NCBI GenBank assembly: GCA_038064195.1
Contig: JBBTTO010000003.1
Coordinates: forward strand, 114,428 to 178,427
Reading direction: 5' to 3'
Source of the DNA: Patescibacteria group bacterium
GTDB lineage: Bacteria > Patescibacteriota > Microgenomatia > Levybacterales > UBA12049
Length of the DNA: 64,000 bases
Shown: positions 37,003 through 45,121 of the stretch, piece by piece
How positions within the stretch are numbered: the first letter of the stretch is position 1
How the letters are laid out: each line of letters opens with the position of its first letter
The notes under the pieces: generated by a model
What the model was told of the DNA's origin: nothing
Seen by the model: only the letters and a program-made list of their open reading frames with translations
Databases searched by the model: none
Made by a program: the position numbers and the translations under genes

Positions 37003-38226
37003 ATGTTGTATTTCTCTCGTTTAAAAGGAATGCCCGTCCATACCGAAGGGGGAATCATGGTGGGAAAGCTGGAAGATCTTTTTTTTCTTGCCTCTGAAAC
37101 CCCGCTTATCACCAAGCTTGTCATCAAAACCAGGAATAAGCACGAGATTATTGCCTCAGTGGACGAGCTGAAAAAAATGAATGGTGCTATCACCATCAAA
37201 GATAATTTCAAACAGACCAGTCTATCTGATGAAGATCTGTCTCTTTTACGAAATCTGTTGGATAAGCAGATTATTGATGTTGAGGGGCATAAAGTCGTCA
37301 GGGTTAATGATGTCACCATCCAGGAAAAAGAGAATAATAATCCCTCATATTACATTTCAGGGGTTGACATTGGTTTTCGGGGGATTCTGCGTTGGCTTAA
37401 ATTAGAAGACGCGGCTCTACCTCTTTACCGTCTCACCAAATGGGATTCTCATCCGCATTTTCTTTCCTGGACGGCTGTGCAGCCTTTAGAGCTTGCACGT
37501 GGTAATGTCCAATTGAAAAAAGGACTGGAGAATCTGGAGAAGATCAGGCCTGAAGATCTGGCTGACTATCTGGAGAAGACGACTATCCGCAATGTCAATA
37601 AAATTGTCAGCAGTCTGGATGAAGACTATGCTGCCGAGGTTATCAGTGACTTGAACACGAGTTATCAGACAGCTCTGTTTCGCAGGTTCTCACCGGAAAA
37701 ATCTGCCGAGCTGATCACCCTTATCGATCCTGACGAAGCTGTTGATATTTTACTTACTCTGCCTGAGGAGCGTAGGACCGATATCCTTGAGTCACTGCCC
37801 AGGGAGAAAAGTCAGGAACTCCACGCTCTCCTCAAGCTTTCAAAGACCCCGATAGGCGAACTCATTACCACCGATTACTTTACTATCCCAGCCACAGACA
37901 CGATCGGCAAAGCAATTTCCACTCTCAGAGAGCACACTGAACAGGCATCCTTTCTGCCGTATCTGTATGTCATTAATGAAGAGAAGGAACTCGTCGGAGT
38001 TCTCTCTGTTCAAAGTCTCCTGGCTCATGATAATGATGAGCGAGTCAGGGACGTCATGGAGCAGAATCTGATCGTGATTCACGTCACAACTCCCCGTGAT
38101 ATCGCTGTTAAAAAAATGCTGCGCTATAAAGTCTATGCACTACCGGTACTCGATAACGCACAACATCTAGAGGGTGTAGTCCGTTTTGATGATCTGGCCG
38201 AGACAGTACTTGAACGCTATGCTTAA
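37003..38226 (+). CDS. PRC-barrel + MgtE-N + CBS-pair cytoplasmic regulatory protein
   Basis: N-terminal PRC-barrel-like segment, MgtE intracellular-domain-like helices, tandem CBS. Confidence 0.6.
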   Translation: MLYFSRLKGMPVHTEGGIMVGKLEDLFFLASETPLITKLVIKTRNKHEIIASVDELKKMNGAITIKDNFKQTSLSDEDLSLLRNLLDKQIIDVEGHKVVRVNDVTIQEKENNNPSYYISGVDIGFRGILRWLKLEDAALPLYRLTKWDSHPHFLSWTAVQPLELARGNVQLKKGLENLEKIRPEDLADYLEKTTIRNVNKIVSSLDEDYAAEVISDLNTSYQTALFRRFSPEKSAELITLIDPDEAVDILLTLPEERRTDILESLPREKSQELHALLKLSKTPIGELITTDYFTIPATDTIGKAISTLREHTEQASFLPYLYVINEEKELVGVLSVQSLLAHDNDERVRDVMEQNLIVIHVTTPRDIAVKKMLRYKVYALPVLDNAQHLEGVVRFDDLAETVLERYA

Positions 38227-39457
38227 CTTTCGTCGTATGCGCAAACAATTATTGCTGCTTCTGGCAGTGGTCGGTCCCGGCATCATTACGGCTTTTGCTG
38301 ACAACGATGCGGGTGGAGTGGCTACTTATTCCGTAGCCGCAGCCAAGTTTGGCTACGGGATGTTGACGACGATTATCCCGATCACCATCGTCCTGATGAT
38401 CACACAGGAAATCGGCTCAAGGCTTGCTGTCGTGACAGGGAAAGGTTTAGGAGACCTCATCCGCGAACGCTTTGGCATCAGGATCTCCCTGCTTATTTTC
38501 GGACTTCTTTTTTTCGTTAATTTGGGAGTCATTATCCAGGATCTGGGGGGACTTAAAGACGGGCTGAAGCTTTTTCATCTCAATATTTATCTTTTTTTGC
38601 CGCTTATTATCCTTTTTTTGTTTTTCTTTATCGCTAAATCCTCATATGCAAAAATTGAGAAATTTTTCTTATTTTTGATTTTTTTCTATTTGGCATACCT
38701 TGTCTCGGCAATGCTTGCCAAGCCTGATTGGGGCCTGGTTGCCAAATCCGTTATCATCCCGCAAAGTAAAATCAGCTTTGATTATCTTTATACATCTATT
38801 GCCGTTCTTGGGACGACTGTGACAGCCTGGGGGCAGTTTTTTATCAACAGTTATGTCAAAGACAAGAAGCTATCACCTGAGAAATTAAAGTATAACCGTC
38901 TGGAAATTTATGCCGGGGCTATTCTGACTGATTTCTTTTCGCTTTTAATGATGGTAGCGGTTATTGCCACAATTTTTGTGCATGGTATTCAGATCAATGG
39001 GGCGGCGGATGCAGCCCGTGCAATTGAGCCTTTCGCGGGTAATCTGGCCGGGATTATGTTTGGGGCCGGATTGCTCGTAGCCGGCTTTATCGGAGCCGCG
39101 ATCGTCCCCCTGGCCACAGCGTATGCTTTCTCCGAGTTCTTCGGCTATGAGGGGAGTCTGGATGTCAGCTTTAATAAAAGTCAGCTTTTCTATGGCTTTT
39201 TTATGCTGCAAATTCTGCTTGGTTTTGCGGTCATTATGATCCCGGGTGTTTCACTTTTTAAGATCACACTCTACGCTGATTATCTCAACGGAATCTTCCT
39301 GCCGATTATTTTCTTCTTCCTTTACCGTTTTGCCAATAACGAAGAGTTGATGGGTGAATATAAAAATACCAGATTCCAAAATATTTTACTCGTGGGATCG
39401 GGTGTGGTCATCACTTTCGCAGCCCTCATCGGTGCGTTCGGTAAATTTTTCCTCTAG
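38219..39457 (+). CDS. NRAMP-family divalent metal transporter (MntH-like)
   Basis: GPG...D.D.GG...AAKFGY and IGSRLAVVTGKGL align to MntH TM1/TM2; ~11 TM. Confidence 0.7.
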   Translation: MLNFRRMRKQLLLLLAVVGPGIITAFADNDAGGVATYSVAAAKFGYGMLTTIIPITIVLMITQEIGSRLAVVTGKGLGDLIRERFGIRISLLIFGLLFFVNLGVIIQDLGGLKDGLKLFHLNIYLFLPLIILFLFFFIAKSSYAKIEKFFLFLIFFYLAYLVSAMLAKPDWGLVAKSVIIPQSKISFDYLYTSIAVLGTTVTAWGQFFINSYVKDKKLSPEKLKYNRLEIYAGAILTDFFSLLMMVAVIATIFVHGIQINGAADAARAIEPFAGNLAGIMFGAGLLVAGFIGAAIVPLATAYAFSEFFGYEGSLDVSFNKSQLFYGFFMLQILLGFAVIMIPGVSLFKITLYADYLNGIFLPIIFFFLYRFANNEELMGEYKNTRFQNILLVGSGVVITFAALIGAFGKFFL

Positions 39458-39626
39458 TAGGTCTATATATTATAGAGCACCTGCTTCATCGTAGCTTCTG
39501 ATGTGTTAGAATAGGGACATAATTTTTAATTTGAAATTTTCAATTCTCATTTAATATTAAATGTTTTAATATTTAAAGTTTAAAAATTTACTTCAAATTA
39601 AAAATTGTAAATTGAAAATTTGACAT

Positions 39627-41105
39627 ATGTTGCGTCTCTACAACTCTTTATCTCGACAAATAGAAGAATTTCAGCCGATTCAGCCTCCACATGTCGGTAT
39701 GTATACCTGCGGTCCGACAGTCTATCAATACGCTCATATCGGTAATTTCCGAGCCTATATGACAGCCGATATTCTCGTGCGCGTACTTAAACATAATAAC
39801 TATGACCTGAAATTTGTCATGAACATTACTGACGTCGGGCATCTGGTCAGTGATGCAGATAGTGGAGAGGATAAGCTTGAAAAATCAGCCAAAAAAGAAG
39901 GCAAGACTGCTTGGGATATCGCTGAGCTCTACACAGATGCATTTCTCAAAGACTATGATGCTTTAGGCCTTACTCGACCTGATGTTTTAGCGAAGGCAAC
40001 GGACCACGTTCAGGAGCAAATAGATTTGATTAAAAGACTTGAGGCAAAAGGCTTTACTTATATCATCAGTGACGGAGTCTACTTTGACACCTCAAAATTA
40101 GCAGACTACGGCAAGCTCTCAACCCTTGACCAAATTAAAGAAGGAGCACGGGTAGAGATCAATGAAGAGAAAAGAAATCCACGTGACTTTGCTCTGTGGA
40201 AATTCAGTGAACCAAAAGGTACAGGACCCTTCGACTCTGCTCAGGCCGTTCGAGGCTCTGAGGAGCCCCCAGGCTCTCGAAGAGGTGACGCTGTTTCACG
40301 TCGTCATATGGAATGGGAGAGTCCATGGGGAGTAGGCTTCCCGGGGTGGCATATTGAGTGTAGTGCAATGAGTATGAAATATCTGGGTGAGACTTTCGAC
40401 ATTCATACGGGAGGGGTGGATCATATCTCAATCCATCATACTAATGAGATTGCCCAGTCTGAAGCAGCGACGGGCAAAAAATTTGTCGACTACTGGGTTC
40501 ATACAGCCTTTATGCTGGTACAGGGACAGAAAATGAGTAAAAGCCTGGGGAATACATACAAGCTGTCTGACTTGGTGGGTAACGGCTACCTGCCTGTCCA
40601 CTTGCGTTATCTGTATCTCCAGACCCATTATCGGCAGGAAATGAATTTTACCTGGGAGAGTTTAGAGGCAGCCAAGACAGCACTTGAGCGCCTGACCAAC
40701 AGTGTGGCGATGTGGGATAAGGGAGAGGGAGAAGTCTCAAAAAAATTTGAAGAGAAATTCCTAATGGCGCTCAATGATGATTTGAATACCCCGCGGGCTT
40801 TAGCAGTCGTGTGGGAGCTGATGAAGTCAGATATCAAGCCAGGCCAGAAGCGGGCGACTCTCCTGAAAATGGATGAGGTACTCGGCCTCGGGCTCCAGCG
40901 GGCAGGGAAGAAGCCCGACTTCGTTAAAACTACGACGGGCAAGCAGGAGGCTATCCCAGAGGTCGTACAATCGCTTCTGGATGAGCGTACGAGAGTGCGG
41001 GCTCAACAGGACTTTCAGCGTTCTGATGAGCTCAGAGAGCAGATTCGTGGCCTTGGCTATGACGTCCAGGATAGCCCCAGCGGCCCCAGCCTCAAAAAGC
41101 TCTAA
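39627..41105 (+). CDS. cysS: cysteinyl-tRNA synthetase (with ~25-aa GC-rich insertion before the WHIECSAM motif)
   Basis: [26 protein letters not shown]. Confidence 0.9.
   Translation: MLRLYNSLSRQIEEFQPIQPPHVGMYTCGPTVYQYAHIGNFRAYMTADILVRVLKHNNYDLKFVMNITDVGHLVSDADSGEDKLEKSAKKEGKTAWDIAELYTDAFLKDYDALGLTRPDVLAKATDHVQEQIDLIKRLEAKGFTYIISDGVYFDTSKLADYGKLSTLDQIKEGARVEINEEKRNPRDFALWKFSEPKGTGPFDSAQAVRGSEEPPGSRRGDAVSRRHMEWESPWGVGFPGWHIECSAMSMKYLGETFDIHTGGVDHISIHHTNEIAQSEAATGKKFVDYWVHTAFMLVQGQKMSKSLGNTYKLSDLVGNGYLPVHLRYLYLQTHYRQEMNFTWESLEAAKTALERLTNSVAMWDKGEGEVSKKFEEKFLMALNDDLNTPRALAVVWELMKSDIKPGQKRATLLKMDEVLGLGLQRAGKKPDFVKTTTGKQEAIPEVVQSLLDERTRVRAQQDFQRSDELREQIRGLGYDVQDSPSGPSLKKL
40914..40944. repeat. 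direct repeat copy 1 (inside cysS)
   Basis: CCCGACTTCGTTAAAACTACGACGGGCAAGC; 29/31 identical to 45059-45089. Confidence 0.8.
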
Positions 41106-41155
41106 GTTAGCCTTGAAATTAGTGAATTTAGCCTCAACTCAAGGCTGGGAGGAGA

Positions 41156-41184
41156 CTTGACAAAGATCCCATAGTAATATATAT
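41156..41184 (+). promoter_or_regulatory. sigma70-like promoter TTGACA-17-TATATT firing into a ~550-nt noncoding stretch
   Basis: Near-consensus -35/-10 with a 17-nt spacer immediately after the cysS terminator region. Confidence 0.45.
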
Positions 41185-41189
41185 TATAG

Positions 41190-41745
41190 GTCTCTTATCG
41201 TAGAGTTTACGATACGCGGAGATTGACAATTGAGCCTTTACTTTTACCAGCCATACATAAGAGATCCTGTCCTCTTATACATGCCTATTTAGGCACGACT
41301 TACAGGGCTGGTTTTTTGTTGGCTACAAAGTAGCCAACACCCCTCTTATGCGCTCTTCGAGTCGTGTACGAATAGTACTGAAAAGACGAGAAGTAAGCTT
41401 TGTGGGGTTGATACCTTTATCTTAGCCACAGCTGGAGTCAGTTCGGTTTGATTATTGAAGCTAAATAGCTTCACTGCTTACGGAACTGAATCTAGCGTTG
41501 GCTAGCAATAGTTAACGTTACTAAGGTGGATAAATTTGTCTCTAGAGCGAAAGTTCTACAAGATGAGCTTTGATATCTTAGGAACCCAAGACATGTGTCC
41601 ACTCTCCGATGTAAATCGGAGGCGTAGCGGTGACTCCGCTGCAGGCTGTCTCGGCGAGTTTAGCCTTAGACGAAAGTTTGAGAACTAGGCTCAAGGAGCA
41701 GCAAGTGGAAATTTGAAGGTATTGCCTTCAAATTTCCACTTTAAT
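41190..41745 (+). ncRNA. candidate long structured noncoding RNA (unclassified)
   Basis: No ORF over 60 aa; many local hairpins; ends in a perfect 15-bp hairpin followed by TTTAATTT. Confidence 0.3.
41705..41739 (+). terminator. intrinsic-terminator-like hairpin GTGGAAATTTGAAGG-TATT-GCCTTCAAATTTCCAC
   Basis: Perfect inverted repeat followed by a T-rich tract. Confidence 0.55.
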
Positions 41746-42064
41746 TTGAGAGATATTGTTCGAGTTAATCGAGAACTTCTCGATGCGGGTTTCACCCTTA
41801 CTCGAAGAATAAAAAGCACTTTCACAAATGAAAGTGCTCTTACGTCCCGATGACATCGGGATTGGCGAAGAGCACCCTTATGAGAAATTCGAAGCACGAA
41901 TTTCGAATAGCGAAACCCCACTTCGTCCCGCTTTGGCGGGACTACGAAGGGGCAAAGCAAAATAGGTTTCGTATTTCGGATTTAGGATTTCGATATTTCC
42001 GTCGGGGTGGTCTTCGTCAAAGACTAGAGTTTGGTCGTGTTGCAGAGAGCAACTACAGACTCTT

Positions 42065-42481
42065 TTGGAGACAAATTCCATGCCATCCAATGCTACTGAG
42101 GCAGTTTTCGACGTAGTTGCGATCATTACCTTTGGAGGCGTGATCTGGATGATTTTCGCCACCATCAATCTCTTTTTCTTTGAGGTTATCAGGTGGTGGA
42201 CCGGTCGCGATCTCGAATGGGGCTTCATCGTCTCTCACAGGGCGGAGGAAGCCATCGAGGTGCGTGGGTTGATGCGTAACATCTTCGTTTACTCATCCGG
42301 AATCGTCGCATTCGTTTTTTTCGTTGTCTATCTCTATGTCGGACCCCGGTTCGGCAGTTGGTGGGCGACAGCGGCGTTTTTCTCGGCGTGGCTACCTTTT
42401 TTGTATTGGTATGCCAGATCCTGGCAGATCGCCAGGATAGTTCGCCGGGAGGCTCTCCAAGCCCTTTACGCTAGGGATTAG
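42065..42481 (+). CDS. small membrane protein (3 predicted TM)
   Basis: GGAGA RBS 8 nt upstream; hydrophobic helices. Confidence 0.5.
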   Translation: METNSMPSNATEAVFDVVAIITFGGVIWMIFATINLFFFEVIRWWTGRDLEWGFIVSHRAEEAIEVRGLMRNIFVYSSGIVAFVFFVVYLYVGPRFGSWWATAAFFSAWLPFLYWYARSWQIARIVRREALQALYARD

Positions 42482-42500
42482 CGTATCATTCTTGGGATGA

Positions 42501-42528
42501 GTCTCCCCGCTGTCAAAAGCGGGGAGAC
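42501..42528 (+). terminator. terminator hairpin GTCTCCCCGC-TGTCAAAA-GCGGGGAGAC + T7
   Basis: Follows the 42065-42481 gene. Confidence 0.6.
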
Positions 42529-42598
42529 AAGTTCTTTTTTTGATGGTGAGTGAAAAGCTCCGATTAGCTCGGGATTTTTCGGTCTTCGTCAGGCCCCC

Positions 42599-42615
42599 AT
42601 CCGCAATGTGTGGAT
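42599..42615. promoter_or_regulatory. operator-like palindrome ATCCGCA-ATG-TGTGGAT directly 5' of AGGAGG-N5-ATG
   Basis: Paralogue of 43479-43495. Confidence 0.45.
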
Positions 42616-42634
42616 GTGAGATCAGGAGGAAAAA

Positions 42635-42760
42635 ATGGATCGAAGACTTGCCCTGATAGGGCTAGTAGCCGCCATGATTGGCGGTTTTGCTGCCGCTCTC
42701 AGGTGGGGATCGGTAGCACTGGACACCCTACTGCTTGGTGGGATCTATTGCTCATCATAG
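42635..42760 (+). CDS. 41-aa hydrophobic peptide (MDRRLALIGLVAAMIGGFAAALRWGS...)
   Basis: Perfect AGGAGG RBS with 5-nt spacing; below the 60-aa ORF-track cut-off. Confidence 0.3.
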   Translation: MDRRLALIGLVAAMIGGFAAALRWGSVALDTLLLGGIYCSS

Positions 42761-43138
42761 CAGTAATTTTTATTGTTATATCAGTTGTCTTTGATTTCAT
42801 AGGTAAATGACTGTCTTGGTTTTACTGCCGGAGTTTGGCCTTACGGCCAAGCTCCGGCAAGGAGTCTTAGGAAAGGTGAAAAAATGCTGACAAAATAGCA
42901 TTGTCAAGCGAAAGCTCTCTCCTTCTGATATCGTAGTTTTTATACTAAGCACTGCATATCTTTGATAAAAAGCAAACTATTAGCTATGAACTATTTACTC
43001 ATAGCTGGTTGTTTGGTCTTCGTCAGAGACTAGCCCTGTGTCGCTGGGGGTGATTTTGCCTTCAGGGTATACCGGCTTACGCACCGGGAGAAAAAAAGTG
43101 GTATTTATTATCCAGAATCTTTTCTCTTGGCGTCGTCC

Positions 43139-43334
43139 CATGTCGGACTCGGGAGCTCCGGTGGAGTCACCTGCTGAGCTCAGAGCGCAGATGCAGCACG
43201 GTTGCTGCATATTCTGTGGCGACTGCAGTGCCCCCACAGCGTGGGGATGCAGTAAGTGCTGGTCCTATGGGGCTGGGTTGAGTGGGTCGTCACAAGATGC
43301 TCCCGCTCCGTTACTGGAGCGAATGAGTGTCTGA
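43139..43334 (+). CDS. small Cys-rich (3x CxxC) zinc-ribbon-like peptide
   Basis: HGCCIFCGDCSAPTAWGCSKCW; the start is uncertain (the listed ORF begins with GTG at 43038). Confidence 0.3.
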
Positions 43335-43354
43335 GACGCCCAAAAATTTTTATG

Positions 43355-43384
43355 CTCGGGGGTTGCCGTAAGGCGACCCCCGAG
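43355..43384 (+). terminator. terminator hairpin CTCGGGGGTTGCCGTAAGGCGACCCCCGAG + T7 run
   Basis: Immediately followed by TTGACTAGAGCAA. Confidence 0.6.
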
Positions 43385-43478
43385 CTTCTCTTTTTTTGAC
43401 TAGAGCAAGAAGAATAATCGATTCTGGACGCACTGCGTTTGCCAGAATGACGATGGTTTTTATTGGTCTAGTCAACCT

Positions 43479-43495
43479 ATCCGCAATGTGCGGAT
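43479..43495. promoter_or_regulatory. operator-like perfect palindrome ATCCGCA-ATG-TGCGGAT 5' of AGGAGG-N5-ATG
   Basis: 7-bp arms, 3-bp spacer, 18 nt before the start of 43514. Confidence 0.5.
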
Positions 43496-43513
43496 GTAGA
43501 TCAGGAGGAAAAA

Positions 43514-43777
43514 ATGAGTAAATCTAGAATGGGTGTCCTCCTCATTTTTGGGGATGGTCACTTGAGCGGTTCTCAGCTTCGTGAGGTCCTCACGGATGGA
43601 CCGATCGTAATCGAGCATCTGAAAGTCTCATCGACTACTGATGAGCGGATCGCGAAGATCCCTGAGGGATTTAGCCTCAGGGCAGTCGCAATTCGTTCTG
43701 ATGTCGGCTCTGGAGCACTGGAGGAAGCTCAACGATTTGCTGAAAATCAAGGAGGAATTTTTTTGATTATCTCCTGA
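43514..43777 (+). CDS. hypothetical 87-aa protein (possible small alpha/beta fold)
   Basis: Strong RBS; alternating beta-alpha pattern; no recognisable motif. Confidence 0.5.
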   Translation: MSKSRMGVLLIFGDGHLSGSQLREVLTDGPIVIEHLKVSSTTDERIAKIPEGFSLRAVAIRSDVGSGALEEAQRFAENQGGIFLIIS

Positions 43778-43800
43778 TTACATGTACTGGGCGAGTTGCT

Positions 43801-43828
43801 CCGCCTCGGGTTTCAAACCCCGGGGCGG
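43801..43828 (+). terminator. terminator hairpin CCGCCTCGGG-TTTCAAA-CCCCGGGGCGG + T run
   Basis: Followed by TTGACTAAAGCAA; the same GGGCGAGTTG...GGGGCGGGCACCGTCTTTT context recurs at 44506-44559. Confidence 0.55.
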
Positions 43829-43892
43829 GCACCGTCTTTTTTGACTAAAGCAAAAAGTTTCACAACAGAAATTTATTGGTCTAGTCAACCCG

Positions 43893-43908
43893 GTCGCCAG
43901 TTGGCGAC
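43893..43908. promoter_or_regulatory. palindrome GTCGCCA-GT-TGGCGAC between TTGACT box and gene start
   Basis: Perfect 7-bp arms directly after the shared TTATTGGTCTAGTCAACC block. Confidence 0.4.
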
Positions 43909-43951
43909 TGTTACTGATCATTTTTCGTTATCCCTCAGAAAGGGGAAATCG

Positions 43952-44485
43952 ATGCAACTGTTGTCTCGTCGTTCCAAAGTCGAAGCACTTTCGCCGGCGG
44001 ATCAGCAGGAGGCCTCAGCCGCGGCTCTCCAGATCAACTGCGACGCCGATGCCGCGCGCTTGATCCAGATTTACCAGTTCAGCTGGCGTCATCTTGAGCT
44101 TTGGGTCGCTGAGAGGCGATCCACCAACATCGGTTTCGACTTCCGTCGCAATGGTGGCATGGAGCGCCTGAATAAGGCAATTCGCGTCATTAAGGAAGTC
44201 GACGTCGAGTACGTCCTCTACAACGAGCCGAAGCGGCACTACAAGGACGACTACCAACGATGGTTGGTCGTTATGATGCTGGCCAAGGCGGCCGGCGTCG
44301 AAGAAGTGTCCAACTTTGAGGATGGCATCCTCCACGAACAGTTCATCGGGCAGGGGACGATATCCCTTTGCCACAGCAAGAACTGCGCGTGGATCACCGT
44401 GACCGGCGCGGGCTACAACCCCGATCCAGACACCAATCCTCTCTACCGGAAAACGATCATCTACACGAGGCGCACCGACATCTAG
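43952..44485 (+). CDS. hypothetical 177-aa protein
   Basis: Start at MQLL, with GGGGAA 7 nt upstream; the listed longer ORF includes the upstream repeat. Confidence 0.5.
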   Translation: MQLLSRRSKVEALSPADQQEASAAALQINCDADAARLIQIYQFSWRHLELWVAERRSTNIGFDFRRNGGMERLNKAIRVIKEVDVEYVLYNEPKRHYKDDYQRWLVVMMLAKAAGVEEVSNFEDGILHEQFIGQGTISLCHSKNCAWITVTGAGYNPDPDTNPLYRKTIIYTRRTDI

Positions 44486-44682
44486 GAGCGCCTCGACATT
44501 CTTGGGCGAGTTGTCCCGCTTCGTCGGCCTTCGGGCTTACGGGGCGGGCACCGTCTTTTATTTCTGATCCCGATTTAATCGGGACTGACAGTGAGCGAAA
44601 AGTTTCGTTAATTCGAAATTTCTCGTTCCTTAGTCAGGAGCCGGCGACCGATTGGTTGCTGTCATCATATGGAGGAAATGCA

Positions 44683-44976
44683 ATGAAATTGACAAGGAAG
44701 TCTGTCCTCGATCAGGTCTTCGACTTGGTGGAGGAGCAACTGCGGACCAACCGCAGAAGCAACTCACGGGACGAAACCCAGATTTACGTGGGTGGTATGA
44801 CCTATCGCCCCGAGGTCCGAGAGGAGGATGGCAAGTATGTCGTGAAGATCACGATGTCCTGTGCTCGCTGTCCTGACAGAGTGTCCGAGCTTCGCTTCAA
44901 CACCTGGTTGGGATGGATTCCTCTCTGGAAGTCCATCCAGATCCAAAGTTTCATTAATGAGCATTCTCCCCGATGA
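44683..44976 (+). CDS. hypothetical 97-aa protein
   Basis: GGAGGA RBS 6 nt before the ATG. Confidence 0.45.
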   Translation: MKLTRKSVLDQVFDLVEEQLRTNRRSNSRDETQIYVGGMTYRPEVREEDGKYVVKITMSCARCPDRVSELRFNTWLGWIPLWKSIQIQSFINEHSPR

Positions 44977-45058
44977 TCGTCTTGGGAGCGTCTCGCCCGC
45001 CTCCGCCACGTGGTGGGGGCGGGCGGACAAACCCCTATCTTTGAAAATTATTTTTAGG

Positions 45059-45089
45059 CCCGACTTTGTTAAAACAACGACGGGCAAGC
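45059..45089. repeat. direct repeat copy 2 (duplicate of cysS internal segment)
   Basis: CCCGACTTTGTTAAAACAACGACGGGCAAGC. Confidence 0.8.
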
Positions 45090-45121
45090 TCCACGCCGCA
45101 CGACGTGCTATGAGGAGCAAA

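Noticed and set aside
39480-39626. T-box leader upstream of cysS.
   Set aside because: The region is AT-rich with short palindromes but lacks the conserved T-box sequence (AATTAGGGTGGNACCGCG) and specifier-loop architecture.
41400-41560. tmRNA candidate (GGGGTTGATACC... resembles the tmRNA 5' end).
   Set aside because: No T-arm (GGTTCGANTCC) or CCA-proximal acceptor partner is found downstream. Candidate tag reading frames do not end in the usual hydrophobic xLAA-type tail.
43139-43334. RiPP/SCIFF-type precursor peptide (six Cys in 22 residues).
   Set aside because: No radical-SAM or other maturase gene nearby. The Cys spacing (three CxxC) fits a zinc ribbon equally well, and the start codon is uncertain.
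42490-44690. Integron cassette array with attC sites.
   Set aside because: The intercassette repeats lack GTTRRRY/RYYYAAC core sites. They look like terminator-promoter-operator modules instead. No intI is present.
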